Origin: Bacteriovoracaceae bacterium
GTDB lineage: Bacteria > Bdellovibrionota > Bacteriovoracia > Bacteriovoracales > Bacteriovoracaceae
Assembly (NCBI GenBank): GCA_018649885.1
Contig: JABIHA010000076.1
Span: 49,515-69,514 of the forward strand
Reading direction: 5' to 3'
DNA length: 20,000 bases
Made by a program: the position numbers and the translations under genes. Positions 8,996-16,588 of this stretch are shown here, piece after piece. Under the pieces are notes generated by a model. It was not told the origin of the DNA, ran no database searches, and saw only the letters and a program-made list of their open reading frames with translations. The number at the start of each line of letters is the position of its first letter. Position 1 is the stretch's first letter.

Positions 8996-10119
8996 GTTGG
9001 TTTAGTATATTTTTACTGGTCATAGTGAGCGGGATGTCTTTTTTAAAAAGAAAAAGTACCGTTGGGCTAATAGTTTCACAGGGCCTAATTTTAACACTAG
9101 GAGCATCTCTTTTGATTGGATCGGTATGGAACATTGATCTTGCAACGGGGTTGATCCTTCTTGCTGGAGCACAGGTCTTCTCATATTCAATTAATCGCAT
9201 GTTGGATGTTGAACAAAAATTGTTATCACTGTTACAATTTACTCTTCTTTTACTTCTATCCTCCTCACAAATTTTTTTACATAGCTTATTATTATATGAA
9301 GGGGTTCTCATTTTTCTTTTATATGGAGCCCTAGGGAGTGCTGCGAGTTCTAATTTAAGTATTTTACGTAGATATGCATTTTTTCAAGGTTTGTTGATAT
9401 TCCTTGGAACAATAGTGCAGTTTTACATGCAGGAGAAAATTTCTTCTGGCGCTAGTCTTTCACAGAGTGAGTCAGGTGCAAATGCTCTTAGCTATTTAAT
9501 GCTATTTTGTCCTCTTTGGATCCTCGGTATTGGGGTTGAGCGGGTTTTTTCGAATACAAGAGGTATCATTCAAGTTCATATTCTAAGTACAATTGTATTT
9601 TTACAATTAATTTTGCTTGGAAAAGTTAACATTGAATCTCTTTATTTTTATTCTCATGAGATTTTTTGGGCCATTCCATTTTTACTAATGGTGATATTTT
9701 CATTTTCTAGAATTTTTCTTGGGCTAAATTCATTTTATTCTGGAGTCAGAATATTTGTGGCCCTAATAGTATTATCTTATATATTTAGCCCACTTAAAAT
9801 GAGAGTTGAGATCATGTCATACCTACCGTTTTGGGTGATAACATATTCTATGGCCACTATTTTCCTTGAGGAAATTTGGCATCAGCAGTTATTTGGGCCC
9901 TGGAGGGGAAAGTTAAAGTTATGTGTATTGGTAGTTCTAGTCGGGTTACCTATCACACCATTTTTTAATATTGTAAAACTATCATTTTATTTTACAAAAA
10001 TTGATGCAATTAGACCTCTAGGGGTTTGTGTTTTAACAGGATGGATAATTGTTGTACTTGGGCTGGGTCTTGAGAGCATTTATGGAGTATATGCAGATGA
10101 TAAAGAGATGAGGGTATAG
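8986..10119 (+). CDS. Polytopic membrane protein, divergent NuoM-like
   Basis: 377 aa. SQIFLHSLLLYEGVL aligns with NuoM SLDFFLFYVYWEIML; LVGLPITPFF aligns with SLGLPGLSGF; lies between the L-like and N-like ORFs. Confidence 0.6.
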   Translation: MGLGWFSIFLLVIVSGMSFLKRKSTVGLIVSQGLILTLGASLLIGSVWNIDLATGLILLAGAQVFSYSINRMLDVEQKLLSLLQFTLLLLLSSSQIFLHSLLLYEGVLIFLLYGALGSAASSNLSILRRYAFFQGLLIFLGTIVQFYMQEKISSGASLSQSESGANALSYLMLFCPLWILGIGVERVFSNTRGIIQVHILSTIVFLQLILLGKVNIESLYFYSHEIFWAIPFLLMVIFSFSRIFLGLNSFYSGVRIFVALIVLSYIFSPLKMRVEIMSYLPFWVITYSMATIFLEEIWHQQLFGPWRGKLKLCVLVVLVGLPITPFFNIVKLSFYFTKIDAIRPLGVCVLTGWIIVVLGLGLESIYGVYADDKEMRV

Positions 10120-10121
10120 AG

Positions 10122-11324
10122 ATGCTACAGCTAGTATTTGCTATATGTGCACTAGTATTAATTGTTGAAAGGTACCAAGGTGTTGATAGGATTCGCTTGG
10201 GCCTAAATGCCATTTTCTCTACGGCCTCATTTTTTATTTGTATTTATTCAATTTTTAGACCGGAGATATTTAATCTTCAGCTTGGGATTAACTCATTTTT
10301 TATCACTGCGCTATTTGGAATGAGTGGTGTCTGTTTTTTAAGTCTTCTGATACAAAATAGTCGTCTGAGCCCATCTTTTTTAATTATGATCACCTCATTT
10401 TTTTATTTCTTATTTTCATTTGATTCCATCATTCCTTTGTATATTTTATTGTCAATGATCTTACTCTTTAGATCCTCTCTTTATATTACAGCAAAATCAT
10501 ACTCTCAAAAGCTGGTGATGAATACGGTGCTACTTGATTTACTTTCGTTTGTATTTTTGAGCATGTTTACAACCTTTTTTATTATTTCCACTAATAGTTT
10601 TAATATTTTTGATTTTCAAGTTGTCGGTAGAACAACCTTTATCATTTCTCTCATAAATCTTGTTCTAGCATCCTTGGTTGTACTACGCTTGCCACCGTTT
10701 CATACTGGGATATTAAATTTATATCGAGTGAATAGTCACATTGTAAGTTTGGAATCTTTGATTGTTAGGCCTTTTTTGGGTCTGTTTTTCTTTAGAGTCG
10801 TGTCTAATATTTTAAGAGAGATTGACCCAGAGTATTTTGCCCTGATTCAAGATTCATTATTTATAGTAATGGCTGCATCACTATTTTTTAATTTTGTGAT
10901 TTTCAATTGGAAGAAAAGCATTGAATCATTTTTATTTAATTCATTTAGTCAAAATGTCTTACTTCTTTATATGTTACTCATTGTAGGGAGTAACGATTTA
11001 CAAAATGATTCTCTGTTTTTTATTATACCCATGGGGAGCCTTCTGCTTTTTATTGGATGGAATTCATATATTGGATATACCGCAAGTGATGAGTATCAAA
11101 ATAAAGGAAGTGAGAGGCTAGGCTTTGTGTTCCTCTTCTATGCTAGCTTTGCACTTCAGCTATTTCTGCCATTTTGTTTTGATGTTACAAGATCGTATAT
11201 TTCGGAGCTTTCAATTGAAAAACTATTTGTTTTTAGTATCGCTGTGGCCATAAACAAGGCTGCTATAATTAGTAAGACCAATTTGTCGGCAAGAAGTGAA
11301 ATGACTGCCAGGGTAAAGAGTTGA
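10122..11324 (+). CDS. Polytopic membrane protein, divergent NuoN-like
   Basis: 400 aa. PPFHTGILNLY...IVRPFLG..FRV aligns with NuoN VPFHMWSPDVY...IVPKLAG...IRV; DSIIPLYILLS aligns with NNLLTVYLGIE. Confidence 0.65.
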   Translation: MLQLVFAICALVLIVERYQGVDRIRLGLNAIFSTASFFICIYSIFRPEIFNLQLGINSFFITALFGMSGVCFLSLLIQNSRLSPSFLIMITSFFYFLFSFDSIIPLYILLSMILLFRSSLYITAKSYSQKLVMNTVLLDLLSFVFLSMFTTFFIISTNSFNIFDFQVVGRTTFIISLINLVLASLVVLRLPPFHTGILNLYRVNSHIVSLESLIVRPFLGLFFFRVVSNILREIDPEYFALIQDSLFIVMAASLFFNFVIFNWKKSIESFLFNSFSQNVLLLYMLLIVGSNDLQNDSLFFIIPMGSLLLFIGWNSYIGYTASDEYQNKGSERLGFVFLFYASFALQLFLPFCFDVTRSYISELSIEKLFVFSIAVAINKAAIISKTNLSARSEMTARVKS

Positions 11325-14300
11325 AAAAGTATAGAATTAAACTAGAAAATGGAAGAGTTATAGGTCCATTTGCCAAGGAGCAGGTAGGTGAGCTCTATAT
11401 AAAAGGCCATATATATGGGCAGGAAGATTGTCAGGAGTTTCCCGCGGGGAAATGGCAAGATCTTGAATCATTTAGTGAGTTGTCTGAGCTTATTGTTGAT
11501 ATTATTGCAGGAAAAGTCTCTTTGGAGGTGTTGCAAGATAGGCAGAAGACTGTTTTTAAGAAAATATCAATTAAGAAAATTCATGAACTTCCAGATTCAC
11601 TAAAAAAAGAAGATAAGAAATTTGACTTGAAAGAGTTTGATTTTGATTCAGATGAAGAATTTAATTTTGAATCTGTTGATGAAAGTAAAAAAGATTCCGA
11701 ACTAAATTTGAGCAAATTATTTGAAGCTCATAAAGACGATGAAACGACTCCTTCAAAAGAAATGGTAAATCCTCAGCATATTGAAGAAACTCATGTTGAA
11801 AAGGATATTGGTGAAATTCCGTCCTTTGATGATGAAGATGATGAATTGAATAAAACCGTTATTAATAAATCATTTGAAAACTTTCCGCTGAAACAAAACG
11901 AAGAGGAAAAGGTTGAAGAGGATACTCCAAGCATAATTGAAGAGGTGTTAGAAAAAGCTAAAACCGATGGGCCAAGTAGTGAGGAGCAAGATGATATTGC
12001 TCCCGCGGTCTCCGATACGGAAATTTCTTCAGATGATCATACTGTAGTGGGTTCGTTAAAAGACTTTAAGTCTGATTTAATTAAAAAGGCTTCAAAATTT
12101 GAAGCAAATTTAGTTAGAGTAGAAAAAAAAGATCGTGCTGAAAAGAAGGCAAAATCAGAGACACCTCAAATTGCACCGCCAGAAGAAAAAAAAGAAGTTA
12201 AGAAACAAAAACCGATTTTTAAGATGGCAGCACTTTTAGTCGTTCTTGCAGTTATATACCAAGTGTTTTTAGGTGGAGAAGATAAGCAGAAAAATTTTAA
12301 GCCGATTTTTCCCGACATTGCCTTTCCTTTCCCCTTTGAAAAACCAAACCCAAAGGCTGCTTTAAAATATTTGAGAGAAGGCCTAGAATTATATAAGTTG
12401 GGAAGCTATAAGCATAAGGCTTTAGCTGCTAGAAAATTCAAAGATTCTCTCGACAATTCTTTTGAAAAAAACAAAGCACTAGGACATCTACTATTAACTT
12501 ACGCAGAGTTGTTGGAAAATGCCAAAGATAGAGAAAAGGCGAATCTTAAAGTTTACCAATTAGTCGAAGTTTCTAAAGGTCGTGTTTTAACGGATCAAAA
12601 GATTGCCATGGGCTCTGCCATTTTTTTCTTAAAATTGGGAAGACCAAAAGCTGCGTTGAAATTTCTTAATGATTTTTTGAGAGTAAATAGCAGCTCGGAT
12701 ATTAAGGCTGAAGACAAAGCTAAAATCTCGCTTAAGTTCTATGCTGTGTATCTAAGTGTTTTGATTGACCTTGGCGAAATGGCTGACGCTAGAAAAAAGC
12801 TCAATGGCTTAGAGCCCATACCGGATGATAAAAAGTCACTTGAAGTATATTCATCAATTGTACAATTTCATTTGAAAAATGATGATTACAATAAGGCAAA
12901 GGACGTAATTGAAAAGGGGCTGAAGTATTTCCCTTGGTCTGTAAGTTTAAGACTAACCCTGTGCCAAATTTATTCATATTTTGAAGAATATGATTTATTA
13001 AACTCAGAGTTAAAAAGAGTCAAAAAATTAAATTCGGAATTTTCAGTCGTTTACTATGCAAAATACCTTGAATTTATGGGGATTTTAAACGCTGTAAAGA
13101 AAGAATATAAAAATGCGGCAGTATTTTTTAAAGCAGCTCTAAAGTTAAGAGAAAATGATTCACTTAGATCAAAGCTCGCTCTACTAGAGGAATCCTCTGA
13201 AGCCAACTCAGATCCTGACATTGGAGCTCTTGTTAAAGAAAGTAAAGCACTTGATCTCATTAAGAAGTCGAAAGTAGAGGCATCTAACGGAAATTTTAAT
13301 AAGGCCCTGATACTAGCTCTTGAGGCCAGGGAGGGGTTCCCGAATTATGTGCCTGCGATTATTTACCTTTCCGACTTGCAAATTCGAAGAGGATTTTTTG
13401 ACGATGCAATTGAGACTCTTATTAAAGCTAAGAAAGCGAGCAAGTTGAATCAGCATATTATTTATGCACTAGTAAGAGCTTACGCTGAGTCATTCAAGGT
13501 GTCCGAGGCGAAGAAGACGCTTTCGATTTTAAGAGAAACAGAACACCGAAATAGTTACCAATTTGCCAGCGCTCTTGGACATATTTATTATAAATCAAAC
13601 GAATTTCTACAGGCAGTTAAATGGCTCAGAGAAAGTACCAATCTAAACCCTCTTAATGAAAAAGATTTTTTTAAGCTGGGAAGCCTGTTCTTAAGATATA
13701 GACGATATGATAAGGCAAAAATACTTCTATGGAAGGCGATCAGTCTTGATCCTTCGAATATTAAATATCAAATCGCCTATAGTAGAATTTTATATGAGCT
13801 TGATAGTGTTGATGTGGCGATCGGATACCTGCGGGATATTTTGAAGGAATATAACGATAGCGGCTTAATTCTATCTCAAATTTCGATTTATTATTATAAA
13901 AGTGGTCAGGTTAAAGCCTTTGAACAGTATAAAGAAAGGGTCATGAAATCTCTACATATTGGAAAAGATCTTTTTGATTTTCTTATTAAGGCATCTAAGC
14001 TTGAAGATAAAAAAGAAGAAATCATTAAAAATTATGAAGCCTATATAAAAGTTGAACCAGGAGATTTAGCTAAGCAACTCGAATTTGGAGAATACCTTCT
14101 TAGTGAGTCTGATCTGACCGCTGCCGAAAAAGTATTTACTAAAATTGAAACTAAGTTAAAAAGTTACCCGAAGGTGAAGTTTTTCTTGGCAAATATTAAA
14201 CTGATGAGTGGTAAGGAAGATGAGGCCCTTATTTTAGCTCAAGAAGAGATAAAACTTAATCCAAATATTGAGTACGGCTATACACTTCTTGGTCATATTT

Positions 14301-14620
14301 ATACAAAAAAAGAAGAATATAATAAGGCCTTAAAAAACTATAAACATGCTCAAACTATCAATCAGAACTCAGTCGATGCTCTTCTTGGTTTGGCCTGGAT
14401 TAAATATCAGCAGAATCAGATTGAGTCGGCACTTGATCTTTATGAGAAATGTGCCAAGCTCGATCCAAATAATTCATTTGTCAGAAAACAACTAGGATAT
14501 GTATATAAGGCATTGGGCCAAAGGCAGCTTGCGATTGAATCATTTAAGGTCTATCTTGATCTCAGTCCAGACGCACCTGATAGGAAGAAGATTGAGTCCC
14601 AATTAAATTCATTTCAGTAG
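11321..14620 (+). CDS. Large single-pass membrane protein: N-terminal GYF_2-like domain, acidic linker, TM, long TPR array
   Basis: N-terminus YRIKLENGRVIGPF...LYIKGHI...GKWQDLESFSEL fits the GPF-containing GYF_2-like pattern. A D/E-rich low-complexity linker precedes TM MAALLVVLAVIYQVFLGG, then many TPRs (e.g. GYTLLGHIYTKKEEYNKALKNYKHAQTINQN, ALLGLAWIKYQQNQIESALDLYEKCAKLDPNN). Start TTG overlaps the upstream TGA. Confidence 0.85.
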   Translation: MKKYRIKLENGRVIGPFAKEQVGELYIKGHIYGQEDCQEFPAGKWQDLESFSELSELIVDIIAGKVSLEVLQDRQKTVFKKISIKKIHELPDSLKKEDKKFDLKEFDFDSDEEFNFESVDESKKDSELNLSKLFEAHKDDETTPSKEMVNPQHIEETHVEKDIGEIPSFDDEDDELNKTVINKSFENFPLKQNEEEKVEEDTPSIIEEVLEKAKTDGPSSEEQDDIAPAVSDTEISSDDHTVVGSLKDFKSDLIKKASKFEANLVRVEKKDRAEKKAKSETPQIAPPEEKKEVKKQKPIFKMAALLVVLAVIYQVFLGGEDKQKNFKPIFPDIAFPFPFEKPNPKAALKYLREGLELYKLGSYKHKALAARKFKDSLDNSFEKNKALGHLLLTYAELLENAKDREKANLKVYQLVEVSKGRVLTDQKIAMGSAIFFLKLGRPKAALKFLNDFLRVNSSSDIKAEDKAKISLKFYAVYLSVLIDLGEMADARKKLNGLEPIPDDKKSLEVYSSIVQFHLKNDDYNKAKDVIEKGLKYFPWSVSLRLTLCQIYSYFEEYDLLNSELKRVKKLNSEFSVVYYAKYLEFMGILNAVKKEYKNAAVFFKAALKLRENDSLRSKLALLEESSEANSDPDIGALVKESKALDLIKKSKVEASNGNFNKALILALEAREGFPNYVPAIIYLSDLQIRRGFFDDAIETLIKAKKASKLNQHIIYALVRAYAESFKVSEAKKTLSILRETEHRNSYQFASALGHIYYKSNEFLQAVKWLRESTNLNPLNEKDFFKLGSLFLRYRRYDKAKILLWKAISLDPSNIKYQIAYSRILYELDSVDVAIGYLRDILKEYNDSGLILSQISIYYYKSGQVKAFEQYKERVMKSLHIGKDLFDFLIKASKLEDKKEEIIKNYEAYIKVEPGDLAKQLEFGEYLLSESDLTAAEKVFTKIETKLKSYPKVKFFLANIKLMSGKEDEALILAQEEIKLNPNIEYGYTLLGHIYTKKEEYNKALKNYKHAQTINQNSVDALLGLAWIKYQQNQIESALDLYEKCAKLDPNNSFVRKQLGYVYKALGQRQLAIESFKVYLDLSPDAPDRKKIESQLNSFQ

Positions 14621-14634
14621 TATAGGAGCTGCTT

Positions 14635-15906
14635 ATGCACGACATAAAAGCAATTGCCAAAAGCCCTGATAAATATAGGGAAAACCTCGCAAGAAGGAAA
14701 TTCGACCTCTCAATTTTAGAGGCGGTCATAGAAGGCAACGAGAGGCGTAAAAAACTCGTACTTGAGTCGGAGACAAATCGCTCTGAAGTTAAAAAACTCT
14801 CTAAGGAAATCGGAAAAATCAAAGGCTCTGGTGGTGATGCAAAAGAGCTGATGTCCCAGGTTTCTCAGCTAAAAAGCTCGCTTGAAGGTGTTAACAAGGA
14901 ACTTGAAGCCCTTGAAAAATTACAAAGCGACACTCTCGCGGTTATTCCAAATCTTCTTGATGACGAGGTACCAGAGGGTAAAGGCGAGGAAGATAATAAG
15001 CTTTTAAAAGAAGTTGGCGAAAAATTGAGCTTTGACTTTGAACCCAAAGAGCACTGGGAACTGGGTGAAGATCTAGGCATGCTCGACTTTGAGGCTGCCT
15101 CAAAACTGACCGGATCGCGTTTTTGTGTATACAAGGGAGCGCTGGCCAGAATGGAGCGTGCGCTTATTAACTATTTTCTCGATTCACATATTGATTGTGG
15201 ATACGAGGAGATTATTCCTCCCTATATTGTTAACGAAAATACCATGTATGGAACAGGCCAGTTGCCAAAATTTGAAGATGACCTTTTTAAAATCGAAGGA
15301 AAGTCTTGGTATCTGATTCCTACTGCTGAAGTTCCCCTCACGAACCTTAAAAAAGGTGAGTTATTCAAAGGTGAGGAGCTGCCTTTTAAATATTGTGCCT
15401 ACACCCCTTGCTTTCGAAGTGAGGCTGGCTCGTACGGAAAAGATACTAAAGGTCTTATTCGTCAGCATCAGTTTAATAAGGTGGAGCTAGTTAATATTGT
15501 GGCCGAAGATAAATCTAAGGAGGCACACGATGCCATGTTGGAGAGGGCCTGCGCTATGCTCGAAGGCCTTGGTCTTACCTACAAGGTCATGCTTCTTTGT
15601 TCTGCCGATATCGGATTTGGTGCCATGAAATGCTTTGATCTAGAGGTTTGGCTTCCTGGTCAGGGCAAGTTTCGTGAAATCAGCTCAATTTCTAATTGTG
15701 GCGAATTCCAGGGAAGAAGGGCCTCGATTAGATATCGAAATGCTGAGGGAAAGCCAACATTTGTCCATACCCTTAATGGATCGGGCTTGGCAGTTGGTAG
15801 AGCACTTGTAGCGGTGATGGAAAATTATCAAAATGCAGACGGGAGCATTACTGTTCCCGAAGTACTCAGAGGATATATGGGCGGAGTTGAACAAATAAAA
15901 GCATAA
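14635..15906 (+). CDS. serS: Serine--tRNA ligase
   Basis: N-terminal coiled-coil arm, YGTGQLPKFEDDLF, LIPTAEVPL, CFRSEAGSYGKDTKGLIRQHQFNKVE, REISSISNC, HTLNGSGLAVGR; AGGAG RBS. Confidence 0.98.
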   Translation: MHDIKAIAKSPDKYRENLARRKFDLSILEAVIEGNERRKKLVLESETNRSEVKKLSKEIGKIKGSGGDAKELMSQVSQLKSSLEGVNKELEALEKLQSDTLAVIPNLLDDEVPEGKGEEDNKLLKEVGEKLSFDFEPKEHWELGEDLGMLDFEAASKLTGSRFCVYKGALARMERALINYFLDSHIDCGYEEIIPPYIVNENTMYGTGQLPKFEDDLFKIEGKSWYLIPTAEVPLTNLKKGELFKGEELPFKYCAYTPCFRSEAGSYGKDTKGLIRQHQFNKVELVNIVAEDKSKEAHDAMLERACAMLEGLGLTYKVMLLCSADIGFGAMKCFDLEVWLPGQGKFREISSISNCGEFQGRRASIRYRNAEGKPTFVHTLNGSGLAVGRALVAVMENYQNADGSITVPEVLRGYMGGVEQIKA

Positions 15907-15930
15907 AGCGTTTGCTGCCATGCTCTTGTA

Positions 15931-15959
15931 TTGTCAATTCACACTATAAATTCTAAACT
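15931..15959 (+). promoter_or_regulatory. Candidate sigma70 promoter for the tRNA-Ser pair
   Basis: TTGTCA (15931-15936), 17-nt spacer, TAAACT (15954-15959), ending 14 nt before the first tRNA. Confidence 0.55.
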
Positions 15960-15973
15960 CTGGGATCATTTCT

Positions 15974-16063
15974 GGTGGTGTGGCCGAGTGGTTTAAGGCA
16001 ACAGTTTTGAAAACTGTCGTGGGTTCACGCCTACCCGGGGTTCGAATCCCTGCACCACCGCCA
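15974..16063 (+). tRNA. tRNA-Ser (anticodon TGA)
   Basis: Acceptor GGTGGTG/CACCACC + G discriminator + CCA; anticodon stem ACAGT/ACTGT, loop TTTGAAA; long variable arm; T-loop TTCGAAT. Confidence 0.96.
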
Positions 16064-16097
16064 TTTTTGAAGTGATTTATTTTTCGAAGATTTAAGC

Positions 16098-16185
16098 GGA
16101 GACGTGGGTGAGTGGCTTAAACCAACGCCTTGCTAAGGCGTCGTACCTTCGGGTACCCCGAGTTCGAATCTCGGCGTCTCCGCCA
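16098..16185 (+). tRNA. tRNA-Ser (anticodon GCT)
   Basis: Acceptor GGAGACG/CGTCTCC + G + CCA; anticodon stem ACGCC/GGCGT, loop TTGCTAA; variable arm GTACC-TTCG-GGTAC; T-loop TTCGAAT. Confidence 0.96.
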
Positions 16186-16275
16186 CTTTCGCACTTTTTT
16201 CCCGTTGTAGGCCATTGAGATTATTCGGTTTTATTTATCAAATTTAGTTTTATGGCCGTGAAAATGTGCGAAAGT
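16185..16275. repeat. Inverted repeat immediately after tRNA-Ser(GCT)
   Basis: ACTTTCGCACtTTTT (16185-16199) pairs with AAAAtGTGCGAAAGT (16261-16275) at 14/15; inner GGCCAT (16210-16215) pairs with ATGGCC (16252-16257). Confidence 0.6.
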
Positions 16276-16287
16276 TCGACGTGTATT

Positions 16288-16416
16288 TTACTCTTCTTCT
16301 GACTCTTTGTTTTCTAGTGAGCTAATAAGTAACTCATAATCACTTGGGAACTCATTGCCTTGCTCGGCTAACGCTTTTAGGCCTTTGCCCATAGCCTTTA
16401 GAATTTCTTCAATCAT
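16288..16416 (-). CDS. Small acidic hypothetical protein (42 aa)
   Basis: Not in ORF track. MIEEILKAMGKGLKALAEQGNEFPSDYELLISSLENKESEEE*, with AAGGAG RBS (16427-16422) 5 nt upstream of ATG. Confidence 0.65.
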   Translation of the reverse strand: MIEEILKAMGKGLKALAEQGNEFPSDYELLISSLENKESEEE

Positions 16417-16588
16417 TTTTACTCCTTATGAATGAAATGTTGTTTATGTAGTAAAGATTGTTTTTCTGTGCAGTTTATACGGTAACCAGTTGAATTTATA
16501 GGCATGAAATCCACCCAGGTCTCCCAGAAAAAATTTAAGTTAAAATATCGTATAATTATTTTAAGGTAGTAAATTTAAAGGAATTGTC

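Noticed and set aside
5493..11324. Reading the seven membrane ORFs as an Mrp antiporter or membrane-bound hydrogenase operon
   Set aside because: Mrp has no NuoH-like subunit and begins with a large MrpA; no NiFe or Fe-S subunit genes are present; sizes and order fit A-H-J-K-L-M-N.
5493..11324. Reading the cluster as decaying nuo pseudogenes
   Set aside because: No frameshifts or internal stops over 5.8 kb despite extreme divergence, with tight gene coupling preserved.
919..15921. Alternative-frame and antisense ORFs in the track (919-1290, 1657-1866, 2001-2243, 2404-2616, 3006-3215, 5684-5986, 8979-9311, 10010-10213, 11415-11603, 13054-13260, 14562-14822, 14865-15134, 15125-15316, 15685-15921)
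   Set aside because: They overlap well-supported genes almost entirely and have no recognisable motifs; treated as shadow ORFs.
15974..16063. tRNA with 'TGA' as a selenocysteine or opal-suppressor tRNA
   Set aside because: Anticodon TGA reads TCA (Ser); tRNA-Sec would have anticodon TCA and an 8-bp acceptor stem, whereas this one has 7 bp.
16483..16495. IHF-like site TAACCAGTTGAAT near the island edge
   Set aside because: Imperfect match to a degenerate AT-rich consensus; expected by chance at this base composition.
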